Source: Firmicutes bacterium UBA4795
GTDB lineage: Bacteria > Bacillota > Desulfotomaculia > Desulfotomaculales > Nap2-2B
DNA: 64,000 nucleotides
NCBI GenBank assembly: GCA_002402825.1
Contig: DHGP01000027.1
Coordinates: forward strand, 104,307-168,306
Direction of reading: 5' to 3'
The notes under the pieces are model-generated. The model saw only the letters and a list, made by a program, of their open reading frames with translations, was not told the DNA's origin and searched no databases. A program made the translations under genes and the position numbers. Positions 62,933 to 64,000 of the stretch are shown piece after piece (within the stretch, counting starts at the first letter, position 1; each line of letters begins with the position of its first letter).

Positions 62933-62948
62933 GTTAGGTATGCCTAAC
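62933..62948. promoter_or_regulatory. DtxR/IdeR-type iron box upstream of the repressor gene (autoregulation)
   Basis: GTTAGGTATGCCTAAC has the same half-sites as 62304-62319. It lies 28 nt upstream of the start at 62905. Confidence 0.55.
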
Positions 62949-63180
62949 TATTTTAAAAAAATAAATAGAGAATTACTCTCATCTTTATGCTAGAATTTTA
63001 TATCTTTTAAAAACCAATATCAAGGGAAAAATAAAAATTTTTCGGTTTTATATAAACATAAAGTCGACCGTTATTTTTTAAATCTATTATTTGTTCTAAA
63101 ACCTCAGCCAAAAAAGCAGGAAAGCATTTCTTTTTAACGAATAAAAAAGAAAGAGGCAAGAATATGGAGGAGATAAAAAA

Positions 63181-63768
63181 ATGTCCGTGAGTAAATACGA
63201 AGAAAGAATATGGCCTTACCTTAAAAAAGAGCTGCTAAAAGAAAAGGTGGCTGGCTTAGACCATATTAAACGTACCCTTTTCTGGGCGAAAAAACTTGGT
63301 CAGGACCTAGAAGCGGATATGGAAGTCCTGATTCCTGGAGTAATGCTTCACGACATTGGGGTAACCAAAGACAGAAAAAAACATTACCAAAGGGGTATTG
63401 AGCAAGCGGAGAAAATTTTAAGGGAAATTGATTTTCCTTCCCAAAAGATTGATCGTGTTCTTCACATTATTGAAGCTCACAGCCGGTATGGTGGACCAAC
63501 TCCAAGAACTCTGGAAGCTAAGATAATGTGGGACGTTGATGCTATTGATTACGCAGGAGCTGTAGGAATCACCCGGGCAGTAATCCGAGGCTTGAGCGAT
63601 AATTCTTTTGATGGAAATATATTTAACTTTTCTGTACTCCTTAAAAATATCGTTAAAGAAGTTGAAGACAAGCTTTTTTTTAAGGAAAGCAAGAAAATTA
63701 TTCAACCCAGGATAGAATTCTTAAACGTGTTCCTCAAGCAATTAGAAATTGAGCTAAGTTTACCTTAA
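63181..63768 (+). CDS. HD-domain phosphohydrolase
   Basis: 195 aa with H...HD metal ligands (DHIKRT, MLHDIG, EAHS, DVDAID). Confidence 0.6.
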   Translation: MSVSKYEERIWPYLKKELLKEKVAGLDHIKRTLFWAKKLGQDLEADMEVLIPGVMLHDIGVTKDRKKHYQRGIEQAEKILREIDFPSQKIDRVLHIIEAHSRYGGPTPRTLEAKIMWDVDAIDYAGAVGITRAVIRGLSDNSFDGNIFNFSVLLKNIVKEVEDKLFFKESKKIIQPRIEFLNVFLKQLEIELSLP

Positions 63769-63801
63769 CTAAAAAAGCATCTTAAAAAGGAGAATTTTCT
63801 T

Positions 63802-64000
63802 ATGTTAAATTTAAAAGAAATAGACGGATTAGAAATTACTACTTTAATAGATAACTATTCTGACCTTTTGCTTGCTGACCAGAAAGGAGTAAAAAGATTT
63901 AAGGCTAAAAAAGGGTCTAGGGCGGCTCTTTTAGCGGAACACGGTCTTTCTTTGCTTATTCAAGCCGTCAGGGGTGAGGAAAGACATACTATTATTTTGG
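63802..64000 (+). CDS. MBL-fold metallo-hydrolase, N-terminal 66 codons (runs off the right edge)
   Basis: Own translation from the ATG at 63802, which follows AAAGGAG: MLNLKEIDGLEITTLIDNYSDLLL...AEHGLSLLIQAV. The ITxLxDN...AEHGLS start is typical of the beta-lactamase-fold family annotated as beta-RFA-P synthase-like. Confidence 0.45.
   Translation, partial: MLNLKEIDGLEITTLIDNYSDLLLADQKGVKRFKAKKGSRAALLAEHGLSLLIQAVRGEERHTIIL

Noticed and set aside
1-64000. Looked for rRNA, tRNA, tmRNA, transposase, integrase or prophage genes that could explain the accessory islets.
   Set aside because: I found no GGTTCGAATCC-type T-arm or cloverleaf candidates in the intergenic regions, and no DDE or tyrosine/serine recombinase-like ORFs in the six-frame track. 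The islets are therefore described as remnants, not as mobile elements.

Overview
This window is a low-GC (about 40% by eye) chromosomal segment from an anaerobic, spore-forming Firmicute of the Clostridia type. The assignment rests on spoVS, rny-ymdB-spoVS and recA-cinA synteny, ftsK and ftsH-tilS. Most genes are on the minus strand.

Gene blocks, in order:
1. Housekeeping genes (0-12.4 kb).
2. An accessory islet with a HEPN/MNT toxin-antitoxin pair, a Uma2 relic and a small membrane-protein gene (12.5-14.6 kb).
3. A Tat-exported [NiFe] hydrogenase preceded by a Moco/Tuco-type riboswitch with its own terminator (14.6-17.4 kb).
4. A Mo/W-cofactor locus (hydrogenase protease, two moeA genes, DUF1847, fdhD, mogA, mobB, MOSC, moaC, moaA) plus the tungstate transporter tupABC behind a second, paralogous riboswitch (17.5-28.8 kb).
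5. A small islet with a Uma2 relic, a Mut7-C gene and ogt (28.9-30.5 kb).
6. ndk-ftsH-tilS-nadD (30.6-35.3 kb).
7. hypABFCD (35.3-39.9 kb).
8. fdhE-tatA-tatC and a selenocysteine formate dehydrogenase with FeS and NrfD-type subunits; the in-frame TGA is followed by an fdhF-like SECIS (40.2-47.5 kb).
9. A conserved, uncharacterised cluster: XRE regulator, Mrp, two MinD-ferredoxin ATPases, two NifX/NifB-like proteins, a Gly-rich Zn-ribbon protein and DUF5320 (47.8-52.3 kb).
10. An 8-kb patch of radical-SAM, C_GCAxxG_C_C, DUF2889 x2, PHP, DUF169 and Zn-ribbon genes (52.4-60.2 kb).
11. A doubly damaged feoB with a DtxR-family repressor and two iron-box palindromes (60.2-62.9 kb).

The most interesting signal is in blocks 9 and 10. 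Five promoters there carry the same -35-overlapping palindrome, TTGACATATGTCAA. This suggests one undescribed regulon of roughly 17 mostly function-unknown redox or metallocofactor genes. The same patch carries a duplicated 109-nt promoter segment, an internally deleted relic of a radical-SAM gene, a vapBC pair, and a GC-rich foreign pseudogene fragment.

Other notable points:
- A Mo/W-cofactor riboswitch sits in front of the hydrogenase genes.
- A 7-nt-periodic repeat family is present.
- GC-rich nested palindromes are fused to the nadD 3' end.

I saw no rRNA, tRNA, CRISPR array, transposase or integrase.
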